64,000 nucleotides of DNA from Vicugna vicugna (lineage: Eukaryota). The stretch is from the NCBI GenBank assembly GCA_013265495.1, contig MU063790.1:4402001-4466000 (forward strand). The letters are read 5' to 3'. Under the pieces are notes generated by a model. It saw nothing but the letters and a program-made list of their open reading frames with translations, did not search any database and was not told the DNA's origin. A program made the translations under genes and the position numbers. Below are positions 63,636 to 64,000 of the stretch, one piece after another (within the stretch, counting starts at the first letter, position 1; each line of letters begins with the position of its first letter).

Positions 63636-64000
63636 AAGAACACATGAATTTTATAATACTTCATGTGTAATATATTTTAACCTAGTATAGTTTTGTTGTT
63701 GTTGTTCAAACCTCCACATTGGCTCCTCTGTCCTTTGAACGTGGCCCCAGTAGTGTTTGTTGCAGCAGAAAGCAAGCAAGCTGTATCTGCCTCATCTTGA
63801 ACGGTTTCTTCTCCAGACCTAGAATCAGGCGTTTCTTCAAGAAGCCTTATTACCTGTTAGTGGAAAAAGGGGATTAGAAAACACAGTCTTGTTACTAGGA
63901 TTTGTCAATTTTTTTTTTTAGTTCTTTTCAATGGATAGAAGTAGGAAAATACGTATTTTTTTAGGTGAAAATGCATCACTAATTCATGCTGAACTTTTCC

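Overview
This is mammalian genomic DNA. It is most likely a camelid (inference: six copies of a tRNA-Ala-derived SINE match the camelid Vic-1 family). It carries the conserved CERCAM-ODF2-GLE1 gene block, all on the + strand. CERCAM exons 2-13 lie at 1283-~9540, with exon 1 upstream of the window. ODF2/cenexin is complete: its CpG-island promoter is at ~17.4-18.9 kb, the short sperm-tail isoform ends at 45187 and the long centriolar isoform ends at 49396. GLE1 exons 1-6 lie at 52110-62611 and the gene runs off the right edge. I located the exons by hand from GT-AG boundaries and phase, and their lengths match the human orthologues as I recall them. Also present: a dead PPIA retrocopy inside an L2, an antisense ERV1 remnant (LTR, PPT, env TM, integrase C-terminus) in an ODF2 intron, several TSD-flanked L1 3' fragments, MER2/MER5A/MER20/MLT1 relics, a near-perfect 334-bp tandem duplication and six N-runs, two of which sit on ODF2 coding exons. 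I see no prokaryotic systems, CRISPR arrays or real tRNA genes, and no clear evidence of a wholly new gene system. The best leads are a chimeric L1/non-L1 retroposon, the masked cenexin exon, a possible NLS-bearing ODF2 N-terminal extension, the tandem duplication, the ERV env with a deleted immunosuppressive core, and a GLE1 acceptor one base from the human FinMajor cryptic splice site. Repeat-family names come from remembered consensus sequences and were not checked with RepeatMasker.
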